Shown: positions 48,449 to 59,018 of the stretch, in pieces
Layout: each line of letters begins with the position of its first letter
How positions within the stretch are numbered: the first letter of the stretch is position 1
Origin: Candidatus Omnitrophota bacterium
GTDB taxonomy: Bacteria > Omnitrophota > Gorgyraeia > JABMSB01
Assembly (NCBI GenBank): GCA_013202205.1
Contig: JABMSB010000028.1
Location: 19,370-83,369, forward strand
DNA: 64,000 nt
Direction: 5' to 3'
Notes under the pieces: generated by a model
Database searches by the model: none
What the model was told of the DNA's origin: nothing
What the model saw: only the letters and a program-made list of their open reading frames with translations
Made by a program: the position numbers and the translations under genes

Positions 48449-49939
48449 TCAACCTCTCTTGATCTCTGGTTTCATAAGATGCCACTCTGTTGACTGCTCA
48501 TAGGCGTATGCGGCGCGCAAGAGAGTGGCCTCTTCAAATGGTTTCCCGATTATCTGCAGGCCTATCGGCAACCCTTTTGATGTAAAACCACACGGTATTG
48601 ATATGGCCGGAATACCCGCAAGATTAGCGGATATGGTAAATATATCTGAGAGATACATATTTAGGGGATCGTCCAGCCTCTCACCAAGCTTGAATGCCGG
48701 AGTAGGTGAGGTCGGCGTTACTATGCAGTCATAATCTTTGAAGACGCGGTCAAAGTCTTCTTTTATACGGGTACGGACCTTTTGGGCCTTTAGATAGTAG
48801 GCGTCATAATAACCGCTGCTCAATGAATAGGTCCCCAATATAATACGCCTCTTTGCTTCAGCCCCGAATCCATCCCTGCGCGTAGAATTATACATCCTTA
48901 AAAGCGGCGGCGTACTATCCGTCTTGTCCTTCTCGGGAGATCGATAACCATACTGCACCCCATCAAACCTCTCAAGGTTAGAGCTGGCTTCTGCGGGCGC
49001 AACTATATAATATGTAGCAACCGCGTATTTAGTATGCGGCAGGGATATCTCTTCATACGTAGCTCCTAGATTCTTCATCTTCTTTATAGATTTCCATACA
49101 GCTTCATTGACCTCTTTATCTACACCCTTCACAAAATATTCTTTCGGAATACCTATGCGCAACCCTTTAAGATCCTTTGACAGAAAAGTGGTGTAGTCCG
49201 GGACATCTATCTCGGCAGAGGTTGAATCCTTTGGATCAAATCCCGCTATCACATTCAAGAGAAGTGCTGAATCCCTTACATCCTTGGTAAGAGGGCCTAT
49301 CTGGTCAAGGCTCGATGCAAAGGCTATAAGGCCGTAGCGGGAAACCCTGCCATAGGTAGGTTTGAACCCAACGACGCCGCAAAGAGCAGCAGGTTGTCGT
49401 ATAGAACCGCCCGTATCTGAGCCAAGGGCGCAGATAGTCTCATCAGCAGCGACCGTTGCTGCTGAACCACCGCTTGAACCGCCGGGTATCCTGTCAAGAT
49501 CCCAGGGATTGTGTGTGGGCCCATAACAAGATGTCTCGCAGGAAGAACCAAAGGCAAACTCATCCATATTCGCCTTGCCCAAAAGGAGAGCGCCTTCTCC
49601 TCGAAGCCGCTCAACAACTGTGGCATTGTACGGAGGCCGGAAACCTGCCAGGATCTTTGAACCACAGGTGGTCGGTTCACCCTCAACGCAGATATTGTCT
49701 TTTATCGTTACAGGGATACCGTAGAGCTTGCCAACAGATTTGGGCTCGGACTCAAGATCCTTTGCCCGCTCTTTAAGGCTTTTCTTATCTACAGAGACGA
49801 ATCCTTTTACCCGCTTATCTACGTCATCGATCCTCTTAAGGAGAGAATCTAAGAGCGCGGATATGGATATCTTTTTTTCACGTATTAGATTTGAAATCTG
49901 GTGGGCTGTTAATGTATATGGCTTTTTTGGGTCTTTCAC
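48449..49939 (-). CDS. gatA: Asp-tRNA(Asn)/Glu-tRNA(Gln) amidotransferase subunit A
   Basis: Amidase signature [13 protein letters not shown]. Confidence 0.9.
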   Translation of the reverse strand: MKDPKKPYTLTAHQISNLIREKKISISALLDSLLKRIDDVDKRVKGFVSVDKKSLKERAKDLESEPKSVGKLYGIPVTIKDNICVEGEPTTCGSKILAGFRPPYNATVVERLRGEGALLLGKANMDEFAFGSSCETSCYGPTHNPWDLDRIPGGSSGGSAATVAADETICALGSDTGGSIRQPAALCGVVGFKPTYGRVSRYGLIAFASSLDQIGPLTKDVRDSALLLNVIAGFDPKDSTSAEIDVPDYTTFLSKDLKGLRIGIPKEYFVKGVDKEVNEAVWKSIKKMKNLGATYEEISLPHTKYAVATYYIVAPAEASSNLERFDGVQYGYRSPEKDKTDSTPPLLRMYNSTRRDGFGAEAKRRIILGTYSLSSGYYDAYYLKAQKVRTRIKEDFDRVFKDYDCIVTPTSPTPAFKLGERLDDPLNMYLSDIFTISANLAGIPAISIPCGFTSKGLPIGLQIIGKPFEEATLLRAAYAYEQSTEWHLMKPEIKRG

Positions 49940-50271
49940 TTCTCGGCCCCATCTATGACTTTTGGTACCTTGAAAAAATAACCCTCTTTGCCGGGGGCAT
50001 TCTCGAGAACCTTCTCCTGTGGCAGCGAGGGCTTAACATCGTCTTTCCTGAATACGTTTACCATAGGTAATACATGGCTTGTTGGCTGAACAGATTCTGT
50101 ATCCACCTCATCCAGCTGTTTTATGTAATCGAGTATGCTATCCAGCTGCCCTGTAAAACCTTCTATCTGGCCATCCGCGAGCTTGATACGCGCCAATGAT
50201 GCCACATATAGTACATCTTTTTTCTTTATAATGCCCATTTGCCTTCTCCGCCTATATTGGTTTATAAACAC
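49936..50271 (-). CDS. gatC: Asp-tRNA(Asn)/Glu-tRNA(Gln) amidotransferase subunit C
   Basis: Small GatC-like protein with a 4-nt overlap with gatA. The true start is possibly the Met at 50238. Confidence 0.8.
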   Translation of the reverse strand: MFINQYRRRRQMGIIKKKDVLYVASLARIKLADGQIEGFTGQLDSILDYIKQLDEVDTESVQPTSHVLPMVNVFRKDDVKPSLPQEKVLENAPGKEGYFFKVPKVIDGAEK

Positions 50272-50337
50272 ATATCATAATAATACATGTATATATATAT
50301 GTCAATATAATATTATAATATCAATAATATCTTTATC

Positions 50338-51207
50338 TTATTTGCTCTTAAAGAGATACATCTGATCGGACAGGGAAGCAAACTCCTCCAGGGAGAGTGT
50401 TTCGGGGCGCCTCTTCTCATCTATCTTGGCCGCTTTGAGGATCTCTCTTGCATCGCATTTTGACAATCCGAATGGGCCATCTTCAGAGAGCCCGTTTAAG
50501 AGTGTCTTGCGGCGGTGGCCAAAGGTCTTCCTGATGAGTGAGAAGAAGAGCGCTTCGTCTTGCGGGGATACTGATGGGGATTGGCAAGGTTTCAGCTCGA
50601 TGAAAGAAGATGTGACTTCGGGCTGCGGGAAGAAGACACCCTTGGGCACTGTAGCCAGTGATGAAACCTGCGCATGATACTGCGCAAAACAGGTTATGGC
50701 ACCCCTGTCTCGATGGCCGGGTTTGGCCATCAAACGCTGCGCGAGCTCTTTCTGTATAGTTATAAATATATTGCTGATCAGGTTTCGGTCTTCGGATTCA
50801 AAGAGATGTGTGATTATGGGTGTCGAGATGCGATACGGAAGGTTGCCGACTATCTTAAATTTATTGCCTGAGGCAACTTTTTTTAGATCTACGTCCAGAA
50901 TGTCTTTATTGATGTATATTACATTGTCCAGGTCTGACAGGAGCTCTTTGGCCGCTTCATGTAATGTTTTATCTACCTCAACCGTATAGACCTTCTTAGC
51001 AGAGGATGCCAGTAACCTCGTCAACGCGCCAAACCCGCCGCCTATCTCAAGGACCACATCATCTTTATTTATGCCGGCCAACTGTATCAATTTGCGGGCG
51101 GTCCGCTCCTCTATCAGAAAATTCTGCCCCAGTCTCCGTCGTGGTCGAATCCCGTAGCGCCTGATTAAATTCTTGGCTCTAAAGGAACTCTCTATCGCTT
51201 TCTCCAT
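50338..51207 (-). CDS. rsmA: 16S rRNA (adenine1518/1519-N6)-dimethyltransferase
   Basis: LGQNFLIE start and SAM-binding region of the KsgA family. Confidence 0.9.
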   Translation of the reverse strand: MEKAIESSFRAKNLIRRYGIRPRRRLGQNFLIEERTARKLIQLAGINKDDVVLEIGGGFGALTRLLASSAKKVYTVEVDKTLHEAAKELLSDLDNVIYINKDILDVDLKKVASGNKFKIVGNLPYRISTPIITHLFESEDRNLISNIFITIQKELAQRLMAKPGHRDRGAITCFAQYHAQVSSLATVPKGVFFPQPEVTSSFIELKPCQSPSVSPQDEALFFSLIRKTFGHRRKTLLNGLSEDGPFGLSKCDAREILKAAKIDEKRRPETLSLEEFASLSDQMYLFKSK

Positions 51208-51227
51208 AATTATCTCTTTTATATTTT

Positions 51228-52181
51228 CTATCGTGACAATTGTGCGGCTAAGAAGATGGCCTCTTCCATAGAACCCGAATCGGCAACACCCTTACCGGCT
51301 ATATCGAATGCCGTACCATGGTCGGGAGAGGTCCTTGTAATGGGTAGGCCGAGAGTTATATTAACACCTCTATCTCTGGCTACCATCTTAAATGGAATAA
51401 GTGCCTGGTCATGATACATACATATGAGCGCATCATATCGACCTCTGTAACCATCATAAAAGACCGCTTCTGCAGAGAGCGGGCCCACAAGCCGCTTTAG
51501 GGATCTCTTTGCCCTCATGACTGCGGGGCGTATAATTCGTTTCTCCTCAATACCAATCTCACCACCCTCACCGCAATGCGGATTAAGCCCGCATACCGCA
51601 AGGCGCGGTTCTTTTATTCCAAAATGTCTCTTTAGAGATCGACCCGTCAAGACGATCGTCTCATATATATCTTTCTGATTCAATGACTTGACGGCCCTTG
51701 AGAGGCTCATATGCCTGGTTACAAGCGACACGCGAAGATTCCCTGCGGCCATCATCATAACGAACTTATCGACGCCAAACTCGCGCGCGAGGAGCTCTGT
51801 ATGGCCGACAAAGGCCTTATCGACGGACCGGATCGACTCCTTGCTTACAGGCGCCGTTACTATAGCATCTACGAGGCCTGCCTTTGCAAACTCTATTGCA
51901 AGCTTTACATATCGGAGAGCTGCTCTTGCGCACACCTTGTCTGTTTTTCCAAAAGAGAATTTTCTCGATCCGGCGTCGGCCAAATCGACCAAATAGATAT
52001 CCTTTGCAGAATAGTTCTTACATTTAAGTATTCGGGCGGCCCTGGTTAGGACTGAGCTATCGCCTATCAAAAGAAATTGCGCAGACTGCCTGATTCCCTT
52101 TTTGGCAATGGCCTTAAGGACTATCTCCGGCCCTATCCCTGCCGGATCCCCCATCGTAACCGCTATAACAGGCTTCCTCAT
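51228..52181 (-). CDS. pdxA: 4-hydroxythreonine-4-phosphate dehydrogenase
   Basis: VIAVTMGDPAGIGPEIVLKA. The surA-pdxA-rsmA synteny is conserved. Confidence 0.9.
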   Translation of the reverse strand: MRKPVIAVTMGDPAGIGPEIVLKAIAKKGIRQSAQFLLIGDSSVLTRAARILKCKNYSAKDIYLVDLADAGSRKFSFGKTDKVCARAALRYVKLAIEFAKAGLVDAIVTAPVSKESIRSVDKAFVGHTELLAREFGVDKFVMMMAAGNLRVSLVTRHMSLSRAVKSLNQKDIYETIVLTGRSLKRHFGIKEPRLAVCGLNPHCGEGGEIGIEEKRIIRPAVMRAKRSLKRLVGPLSAEAVFYDGYRGRYDALICMYHDQALIPFKMVARDRGVNITLGLPITRTSPDHGTAFDIAGKGVADSGSMEEAIFLAAQLSR

Positions 52182-52231
52182 CTTTCCCTTTCCCCCTCTG
52201 TCGCATATAAACTATAGTAGTTGTAAGTATT

Positions 52232-52265
52232 AAAAAGAAGAGTTCGCTCGCAAACTCTTCTTTTT
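52232..52265 (-). terminator. intrinsic (bidirectional-type) terminator: 13-bp stem AAAAAGAAGAGTT/AACTCTTCTTTTT, 8-nt loop, U-run
   Basis: Perfect 13-bp inverted repeat in the 103-nt gap after the surA-like gene. A-run before the stem and T-run after it. Confidence 0.5.
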
Positions 52266-52284
52266 AATACGTGTGTTTATGCTG

Positions 52285-53277
52285 CTACTTGTAGCTAATA
52301 TATGCGTCTTCTTTCAACTTATCGACCCACTTATTGAGTGCTGCCTCGATCTTCCCTCCGTAAACAACATTCTTTATCTTACCCTTGATTTCCTCAAGCG
52401 GAAGTACCCGCGCCTCTTCTATCTCTAAAAGCTTCAGTATGTGGTAGCCAAATCCCGTCTCTATTACATCTGAAATTTCGTTTGGTTTCAGCGCAAATGC
52501 CGCTTCATCCATCCGGGCCAAAAGCTGCCCCTCTTTTATAAAACCCATATCCCCACCATCTTTTGCGTGTGGACCGTCTGAAAGGCGTGACGCCGTCTTA
52601 CCAAAATCGGCGCCCTCCTTCAGCGAAACCGCGATCTCCTGCGCTCGAGCGCGTATCTGGTCGGGCTTCTCTCCCGGTTTCGGCTTTATAGTTATATTCG
52701 CTATGCGCCTCGACTCTCCGACCTTAAAGGTTTCGGGGCGATCATCGTAGTACTTTTGAATCTCTGTGGGGGAGACGGTGATCTTGCTGCTTACATTAAC
52801 CTCGACTGCCCTCTCTATCATCAGGCGGTCCCGTAAGTCGCTTTTGATCTCCGCTATCGTAGTATGCTCTGACAATAAGGCTGTCTCAAACTCCTCGTCT
52901 GAGGAAAACCTATTGCTGATCTCGCCAAATCTCCTCTCCATCTCTTGCTCATCTATCTCTATATTCTGTGCCTTCGCCACGCTTAAAATAAGCCTATCCA
53001 TGACAAGCGCATCCAATATCTTTTTGCGCGTCTTATCGAGTTGTTCATACAATTCGTCACCCTCATATATTTCCTTGTACTCCTGGTAGAAAGGCTGGAG
53101 CTTATTGTCTATTTCGCTCTGCGTAATCGGTTCATCATTTACAACCACTACGATCTTGTCGACCACGCCCGAAAAGACCTGGGAGAAGACCATGATCGAT
53201 AAAAAGAGGGTGAGTAGCGTAACTCTACAAAAAACCTTATTCTGCATCAACATCTCCTTCAACCCCTTCCTCGTCAT
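52285..53277 (-). CDS. surA: periplasmic chaperone/peptidyl-prolyl isomerase of SurA type (SurA N-domain + one parvulin domain)
   Basis: Signal peptide and C-terminal PpiC-type domain (FGYHILKL). Confidence 0.7.
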   Translation of the reverse strand: MTRKGLKEMLMQNKVFCRVTLLTLFLSIMVFSQVFSGVVDKIVVVVNDEPITQSEIDNKLQPFYQEYKEIYEGDELYEQLDKTRKKILDALVMDRLILSVAKAQNIEIDEQEMERRFGEISNRFSSDEEFETALLSEHTTIAEIKSDLRDRLMIERAVEVNVSSKITVSPTEIQKYYDDRPETFKVGESRRIANITIKPKPGEKPDQIRARAQEIAVSLKEGADFGKTASRLSDGPHAKDGGDMGFIKEGQLLARMDEAAFALKPNEISDVIETGFGYHILKLLEIEEARVLPLEEIKGKIKNVVYGGKIEAALNKWVDKLKEDAYISYK

Positions 53278-54127
53278 TCCTGCTCGACGCTAAGAGTTCT
53301 TCATTTATCTCGACCGCGATATCTTTTCTGAGTCTTTCGAATAACTGATCCATAAGCTGCGATCTCCTGATGCGATTTAACTCCTTCTCAATAGCGGCCC
53401 TTACTTCATCGAACGGTTTAATCCTCTCATCTTCGCGCCCTGTGAGTTTGATTATGTGGTAGCCAAATCTCGTCTTTACGATATCGCTAATCACCCCCGG
53501 CTCCAGCGCAAAACATGTCTTCTCGAATTCAGGGACGAGTTGCCCTTTTGAAAAATAGCCTATGTCGCCACCCCTCTCCTTTGTCGCATCAATCGAATTG
53601 GCCTTTGCCAGTTCATCAAAATCTCCACCTTCTGCCAGATCTGTCAGCAACTGGTTTGCCTCCTCCTCTGTCGAAACAAGGATATGCGAGGCCCTTAACC
53701 GCTCGGGTATCCTAAATTTATCCTGGTTTGCTTCATAATATGCCCATACCTCATCTTCTGTCAGGCTAAGCCTGTTATCAACCTCTTCTTGTAACAAACG
53801 GCCTACCATCACTTTCTTCTTTGCTTCGTCAAGAAGCCTCTTCACCTCCGCATCATTCTCTAGCCCCTTACGTTTAGCCTCAATATAGAGCAGGTCTTCT
53901 TTTATAATCTCCTGCAGGATCCGAACCTTGTCCTTCTTTGCAATCTCCTGCATGTAGGAGGGCATTCTATCTATCATGGCTTCAAATTGGTCGGGAGTTA
54001 TTACAATATCTCCTACCTTGGCTATATACGACGCCTTCTGCTCCGTCTTCTTAGCGCACGAGTTAACCGTGAATAAGATGGAGAGGCTGATAAGGATACA
54101 TATGAAGGTACTTGCTTTATTGCGCAT
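53237..54127 (-). CDS. parvulin-type peptidyl-prolyl cis-trans isomerase (PpiC/PrsA-like), periplasmic
   Basis: Signal peptide/lipobox-like LFTVNSCAKK. PpiC domain FGYHIIKL. Acidic C-terminal tail. Confidence 0.7.
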   Translation of the reverse strand: MRNKASTFICILISLSILFTVNSCAKKTEQKASYIAKVGDIVITPDQFEAMIDRMPSYMQEIAKKDKVRILQEIIKEDLLYIEAKRKGLENDAEVKRLLDEAKKKVMVGRLLQEEVDNRLSLTEDEVWAYYEANQDKFRIPERLRASHILVSTEEEANQLLTDLAEGGDFDELAKANSIDATKERGGDIGYFSKGQLVPEFEKTCFALEPGVISDIVKTRFGYHIIKLTGREDERIKPFDEVRAAIEKELNRIRRSQLMDQLFERLRKDIAVEINEELLASSRNDEEGVEGDVDAE

Positions 54128-54229
54128 TATTTACTCCTTATTATATGTAACACGTTAATATGACAGAGGATAATATACCACAAAAAACCCACTTTCCGCA
54201 AGTCTTTATAATATGAGCAATCCACCTGT
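54128..54229 (-). promoter_or_regulatory. candidate extended -10 promoter (TGGTATATT, reverse strand 54172-54180) and AAGGAG RBS (54128-54137) for the ppiC-surA-pdxA-rsmA gene string
   Basis: Hexamers read by eye. The only sizeable gap upstream of this gene string. Confidence 0.3.
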
Positions 54230-56149
54230 CTATTCTTCGCCCTTCAATGTCTTTACCGTATTTCGGAGCAATCGGCAATAGAGGTCGAACCCTATTGATT
54301 CGATGTACCCGTGCTGCTCATCACCGAGTATATTCCCGGCGCCGCGCAGCTCAAGGTCCTTCATGGCAAGCTTAAACCCTGAGCCAAGCGAAGCAAACTT
54401 CCTCATCGACTCAAGCCGCCTCTGGGCCTCTGCCGTTAGTGTCTCTATATTCGGGACGAGGAGGTATGCATAGGCATTCCGCTTAAAACGGCCTACCCTG
54501 CCGCGCAACTGGTAGAGATCTGCCAAACCAAAAGTATCGGCGCGGTCGATTATGATCGTATTCGCGTTTGGTATATCTATGCCGGATTCGACTATCGTGG
54601 TCGATACCAGAACGTCTATCTCCCCATCCATAAATTTCGACATGACCTTCTCAAGCGCGCGTTCAGGCATCTGTCCATGGCCGACAGCCAGCCTCGCCTT
54701 CGGCACAAGGGCAGCTACTTCGGCTGCCACCTTCTCTATCGTCTGCACACGGTTATGTATAAAATATATCTGTCCCTTCCTCTCAAGTTCCCGGCGTATA
54801 ACACGCCGTAGTAGTGACGGCTTATATTCGGCTATATGTGTCTCGATGGGAAGGCGTCCATACGGAGGTGTATTTATCGTCGACATATCGCGCGCGCCCA
54901 TAAGAGACAGGTAGAGGGTCCGGGGTATCGGCGTTGCGGTCAGAGTCAACACATCCGCCTGTAACCTCAGACTTTTTAGATGCTCCTTATTCTTGACCCC
55001 GAAGCGCTGCTCCTCGTCGATAATGACCAAACCTAAGTCCTTGAATGAAACGTCTTTCGAGAGAAGGCGGTGGGTACCTATAATGACATCGACCCTGCCA
55101 TCCGCGACTTCCTTTACTATAGCCATCTGCTCCGCCTTTGTCCTGAAACGGCTTAGCATTGCAATATTCACCGGAAATTCACGCAAGCGATGGGAGAATG
55201 TCTTATAATGCTGCTCGGCCAATATCGTGGTCGGGACGAGTATGGCTACCTGTCTATTGTCCATCACAGCTTTAAAGACGGCACGGAGCGCCACCTCGGT
55301 CTTTCCGTAGCCGACATCACCGCAGAGAAGCCTATCCATGGGCCTTGGTGATTCCATATCTTTTTTCATATCAGATACCGCTGTGACCTGGTCTTTTGTC
55401 TCCTTGTACGGAAAGGACTCCTCAAGCTGTTTTTGCCAATCAGAATCCTTTGAAAAAGCAAAACCACCCAAGAGCTCCCGCTTGGCCTGAAACTGCAACA
55501 ATTCGACTGCCAAATCGCTGATGCCCTTCTGCGCGCGGTGTTTTGCCTGCCGCCATAGCTTCCCGCCTAACCTATACAGGCGCGGGGGCCTCCTGTGCAA
55601 CCCAATATACTTTTGTATCTTATTAAGCTCCGCATAGGGCACGTAGAGCCTGTCACCGTCGGCATATTCAATCTCGACATGTTCTGTGACCTTTCCGGCC
55701 ACACTCATCTTCTTCATGCCTTTGAAGATGCCTATGCCATGATCGACATGGACGATGTGGTCACCCGGCTCCAAGTCTACAAAACTATCTATGGGAAAAT
55801 CTTCCGGAGAGGCTTCCTCGGCTTTAAGACGAAAAGCGCGAGATCCCTTAAGTGGCAGGAGTATAACTATATTGTGGTCTTCCAGATATTCGCCGGAGAC
55901 GAGATCAAATCCTCTTATGAGCCCTATCGTATCTACGTCGGTCTCGATGCGAAGTGGGGATTCGAACGTAAATGGAAAAATATCTATAATGCCGCCGCGC
56001 ATGGCAAAGTCACCCTCTTCGGCCACCTTCGCGCAGCGCCGGTACCCATAGTCACACAACCCCGCTGCAAGGGCGTCTCGATCGAGTGGCTCTCCCACAC
56101 ACAACCTTATCGACTCAAATATCTTCTTCTCTTTTTTTGATTTAACCAT
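54230..56149 (-). CDS. mfd: compact transcription-repair coupling factor (Mfd) homolog: D2 (UvrA-interaction) + RNAP-interaction domain + translocase only
   Basis: AMRGGIIDIFPF aligns to the E. coli Mfd D2 RGALLDLFP motif. LEPGDHIVHVDHGIGIF is the RID/CarD-like segment. Helicase motif I GDVGYGKTEV and the C-terminal ...DLELRGAGNILGDEQHGYIESIGFDLY end at the D6/D7 boundary. 639 aa versus about 1150 in E. coli. Confidence 0.75.
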   Translation of the reverse strand: MVKSKKEKKIFESIRLCVGEPLDRDALAAGLCDYGYRRCAKVAEEGDFAMRGGIIDIFPFTFESPLRIETDVDTIGLIRGFDLVSGEYLEDHNIVILLPLKGSRAFRLKAEEASPEDFPIDSFVDLEPGDHIVHVDHGIGIFKGMKKMSVAGKVTEHVEIEYADGDRLYVPYAELNKIQKYIGLHRRPPRLYRLGGKLWRQAKHRAQKGISDLAVELLQFQAKRELLGGFAFSKDSDWQKQLEESFPYKETKDQVTAVSDMKKDMESPRPMDRLLCGDVGYGKTEVALRAVFKAVMDNRQVAILVPTTILAEQHYKTFSHRLREFPVNIAMLSRFRTKAEQMAIVKEVADGRVDVIIGTHRLLSKDVSFKDLGLVIIDEEQRFGVKNKEHLKSLRLQADVLTLTATPIPRTLYLSLMGARDMSTINTPPYGRLPIETHIAEYKPSLLRRVIRRELERKGQIYFIHNRVQTIEKVAAEVAALVPKARLAVGHGQMPERALEKVMSKFMDGEIDVLVSTTIVESGIDIPNANTIIIDRADTFGLADLYQLRGRVGRFKRNAYAYLLVPNIETLTAEAQRRLESMRKFASLGSGFKLAMKDLELRGAGNILGDEQHGYIESIGFDLYCRLLRNTVKTLKGEE

Positions 56150-56184
56150 ATTGGGTTGGGGTAATAATGATAGTCACTAAAGAA

Positions 56185-57876
56185 TTACATCTTAATCGGT
56201 GCGGTTACACCTAAGAGGCTCAGGCCATTGGCAATTACCATCCTTACACCTTCGACGAGGAGTAGCCTTGCCTTACTGAGTGAGGGCTCCTGGGAGACGG
56301 CCACCCTGTGTTTGGTGTAAAAACTGTGGAAGGTCTTGGCAAGGTCCATTAGATATGGTATCAGGCGATAGGGCTCAAGCGCCATCGCACTTGAAGCCAC
56401 TACCATGGGAAATTGGCTTATCGACTTAAGAAGATCTATCTCCTCCGCTTCTTTTAATAGCGCAGGGTCGGCCTTAGAACTCCTCTTTCCCTTCAATTCC
56501 TTCTTGGCATATTCTATGATCGAGGAGATCCTGGCGTGGGCATACTGTATATAATAGACGGGGTTCTCGGGCGACTGTTTCTTGGCCAGTTCCAGGTCAA
56601 AATCGAGGTGACTGTCGGTCTTGCGCATGATGAAGAAGAAACGGCACGCGTCTTTGCCAACCTCCTCCATTACCTGGCGCAATGTTACAAACTTACCCGC
56701 ACGCGTCGACATCGATATTGGCTCGCCCTTCTGGTAAAGCGTTACCAATTGTGATATCAGGATATCGAGCTGCCCATCTTCATATCCAAGCGCCTTCGTT
56801 GCAGCCTTAAGTCTGCCTATATATCCGTGGTGGTCAGGCCCCCATATATCAATAATCCGCTTGAAGCCGCGATTTCGCTTCTCCATGTGATAGGCGATAT
56901 CCGGCGCAAGATAGGTCAGCTCACCGCTCGACCGGACTACAACCCTGTCCTTATCATCTCCTAATTTCGTAGACGCGAACCACCTCGCGCCGTCAGCGTC
57001 ATATAACAATCCCTTCTCTTCTAATATCCTTAGAGCCTTCTCTATCTTGCCGCTTTTGCGAAGCGCCTTCTGGCTCGACCACACATCGAAATGTACGCCA
57101 AAGCTGTGGAGATCTTTCTTTATCTCCTTGAGGATAGCATTGAGGCCGTATTCTGAAAATATTTCTGAGGATTTGAATTTATCCTCTGTATATTTATTCT
57201 TGTATTTACGCGCGAATCCACGCGCCAGATCGACTATATAATCTCCTTTATAGCCATCCTTTGGAAAATCTGACTCAGACCCCTTGTCGAGGGCCTCCAT
57301 GTACCTGGCCCTTATGGAATCTCCCAGCAATCTTATCTGCAGCCCTTCATTGTTCAGATAATATTCTCTCGTTACCCGAAACCCTGAAAACTCCAGCAAC
57401 CTGGCGAGCGCATCGCCCACTGCTGCCTGGCGGCCATGGGCTATTGTCAGGGGACCTGTGGGATTGGCGCTGACAAATTCTATCTGCAGCTTCTTCTTTT
57501 GGCCAATCCGGCTGCTGCCATACTTCGCACCCTCTTTATGTACCTCCTTTAGGGTTTCGTGTAAAAATGTATCTCTAAACCAGAGATTTATGAAGCCGGG
57601 CTTACAGGCCTCCAACCGATCTATTACCGAGGATGCGGGATGCGAATTGAGGCGCTTCTTCGCCTCCTCCACAATTGACTCCGCGGTCATGTAGGGGGAT
57701 TTTTTAAAGGTCTTAGCTATCCTGAATGCGATATTTGTAGATAGGTCGCCGTGCGTTTTATCCTTGGGGGTCTCAAGATATATATCTGAAGCAGAGGGGC
57801 CAAGAGCGGGTTGGGCTATCGCTTTTGCCGATTCCAAAATTATAGAAATAATGTGGTTCTTCTTTTTGTGAAACAT
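56185..57876 (-). CDS. argS: arginine--tRNA ligase
   Basis: 563 aa. Class I HIGH-region variant ANPTGPLTIAHGR, and the C-terminal DALR anticodon-binding domain. Confidence 0.9.
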   Translation of the reverse strand: MFHKKKNHIISIILESAKAIAQPALGPSASDIYLETPKDKTHGDLSTNIAFRIAKTFKKSPYMTAESIVEEAKKRLNSHPASSVIDRLEACKPGFINLWFRDTFLHETLKEVHKEGAKYGSSRIGQKKKLQIEFVSANPTGPLTIAHGRQAAVGDALARLLEFSGFRVTREYYLNNEGLQIRLLGDSIRARYMEALDKGSESDFPKDGYKGDYIVDLARGFARKYKNKYTEDKFKSSEIFSEYGLNAILKEIKKDLHSFGVHFDVWSSQKALRKSGKIEKALRILEEKGLLYDADGARWFASTKLGDDKDRVVVRSSGELTYLAPDIAYHMEKRNRGFKRIIDIWGPDHHGYIGRLKAATKALGYEDGQLDILISQLVTLYQKGEPISMSTRAGKFVTLRQVMEEVGKDACRFFFIMRKTDSHLDFDLELAKKQSPENPVYYIQYAHARISSIIEYAKKELKGKRSSKADPALLKEAEEIDLLKSISQFPMVVASSAMALEPYRLIPYLMDLAKTFHSFYTKHRVAVSQEPSLSKARLLLVEGVRMVIANGLSLLGVTAPIKM

Positions 57877-57911
57877 CCAATGGAAACAGCCTTATATAGG
57901 GAGTGAATTTA

Positions 57912-59018
57912 CTATTTCTGGCGCGCTAAGATCTTAAGGAATATATCGACGACTTCGGGATCGAATTGGGTGCCAGCACATCTCTTCAATTCAGCCCGTG
58001 CATCCTCATCTGATAATGCATTCCTATATACCCTCTTCGATACCATTGCCTCGTAGGCATCGGCGACCGCCAATATGCGAGCCTCTATGGAGATCTTCTT
58101 GCCTGTTGGCCCCTTCTCAGGATAACCGCGGCCATCATAATGGCGATGGTGATATAATACTGTGGGGATCAACCCATCGACAAGGCCTGCTTTCCTCAGG
58201 ATATCGGCACCAATTTCGGGGTGCTTCTTCACCTCTTCCCATTCTTCTTTGGTGAGCTTATCCGGCTTAGTCAGTATGGCATTATCCAACCCTATCTTCC
58301 CTATGTCATGCAGATAGCTTGCGTATCGCAAGATCTCTTTCTGTTGCTGCGATAACCCTATCTCATCGGCGATAGCCAGGGTGTAGCGCATTACGCGCTC
58401 CGAATGTTCCTCGGTGTAGTTGTCCTTGGCATCGAGCATACCGGCAAAGAGGCGCATAATCTTCAGGTGGTCTGTACGCGCGTAGAGGGCGAGCCTGGTA
58501 TCCTCTATTGCTATTGCGGCTTGATTGCCAAATAGCTGTAATATGTCCTTATCGTCTGCTCTAAAGGCATCGCCCTTATCGCTATATATGGAAAGAACTC
58601 CGACCAGCTTATCGCGCTCTATCATCGGGACCGACAACATAGAACGCCACCCCTTCTTCCTGGCAACTTCAGGATGGAGAAACTCCTTACACCGGGACAG
58701 GTCCTTTACTATACGCGCACGCTTTTTAAGGGCTACACCTCCTGCCACACCTTCCCCGACAGGTATATCTTTCATCAGTGGCGTCAGAGTCTTGTTCAGT
58801 GCCGATGTCGCTCTCAATTTTAAGACCCTATCTTTTTCATCAAAGAGGCGCAGGGTACAGAGCTTCGCTCCCAGGGCTGAGGCGACCTTGGTCGCTATCA
58901 TCTCCAGGACTTCATCTAAGTTCAGGGTCGACGTCATCGACTTACTGACCTGATAAAGCGCCTTTATGTCATTTAGATACTTCTTCAGTTTCTTTGACTT
59001 GCTTTCGCGGCGTATCAC
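57912..59018 (-). CDS. GAF-domain HD-GYP phosphodiesterase (c-di-GMP hydrolase family)
   Basis: N-terminal GAF domain. HD motif YLHDIGK and HHRHYDGRGYP, which is HD-GYP. GTG start in the track. Confidence 0.8.
   Translation of the reverse strand: MIRRESKSKKLKKYLNDIKALYQVSKSMTSTLNLDEVLEMIATKVASALGAKLCTLRLFDEKDRVLKLRATSALNKTLTPLMKDIPVGEGVAGGVALKKRARIVKDLSRCKEFLHPEVARKKGWRSMLSVPMIERDKLVGVLSIYSDKGDAFRADDKDILQLFGNQAAIAIEDTRLALYARTDHLKIMRLFAGMLDAKDNYTEEHSERVMRYTLAIADEIGLSQQQKEILRYASYLHDIGKIGLDNAILTKPDKLTKEEWEEVKKHPEIGADILRKAGLVDGLIPTVLYHHRHYDGRGYPEKGPTGKKISIEARILAVADAYEAMVSKRVYRNALSDEDARAELKRCAGTQFDPEVVDIFLKILARQK

Noticed and set aside
54181-54210. Possible terminator after mfd (CTTGCGGAAAGTGGGTTTTTT)
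   Set aside because: Only a 3-4 bp stem can be drawn before the T-run. That is too weak to call, although the T-run may contribute to the adjacent promoter's UP-like region.
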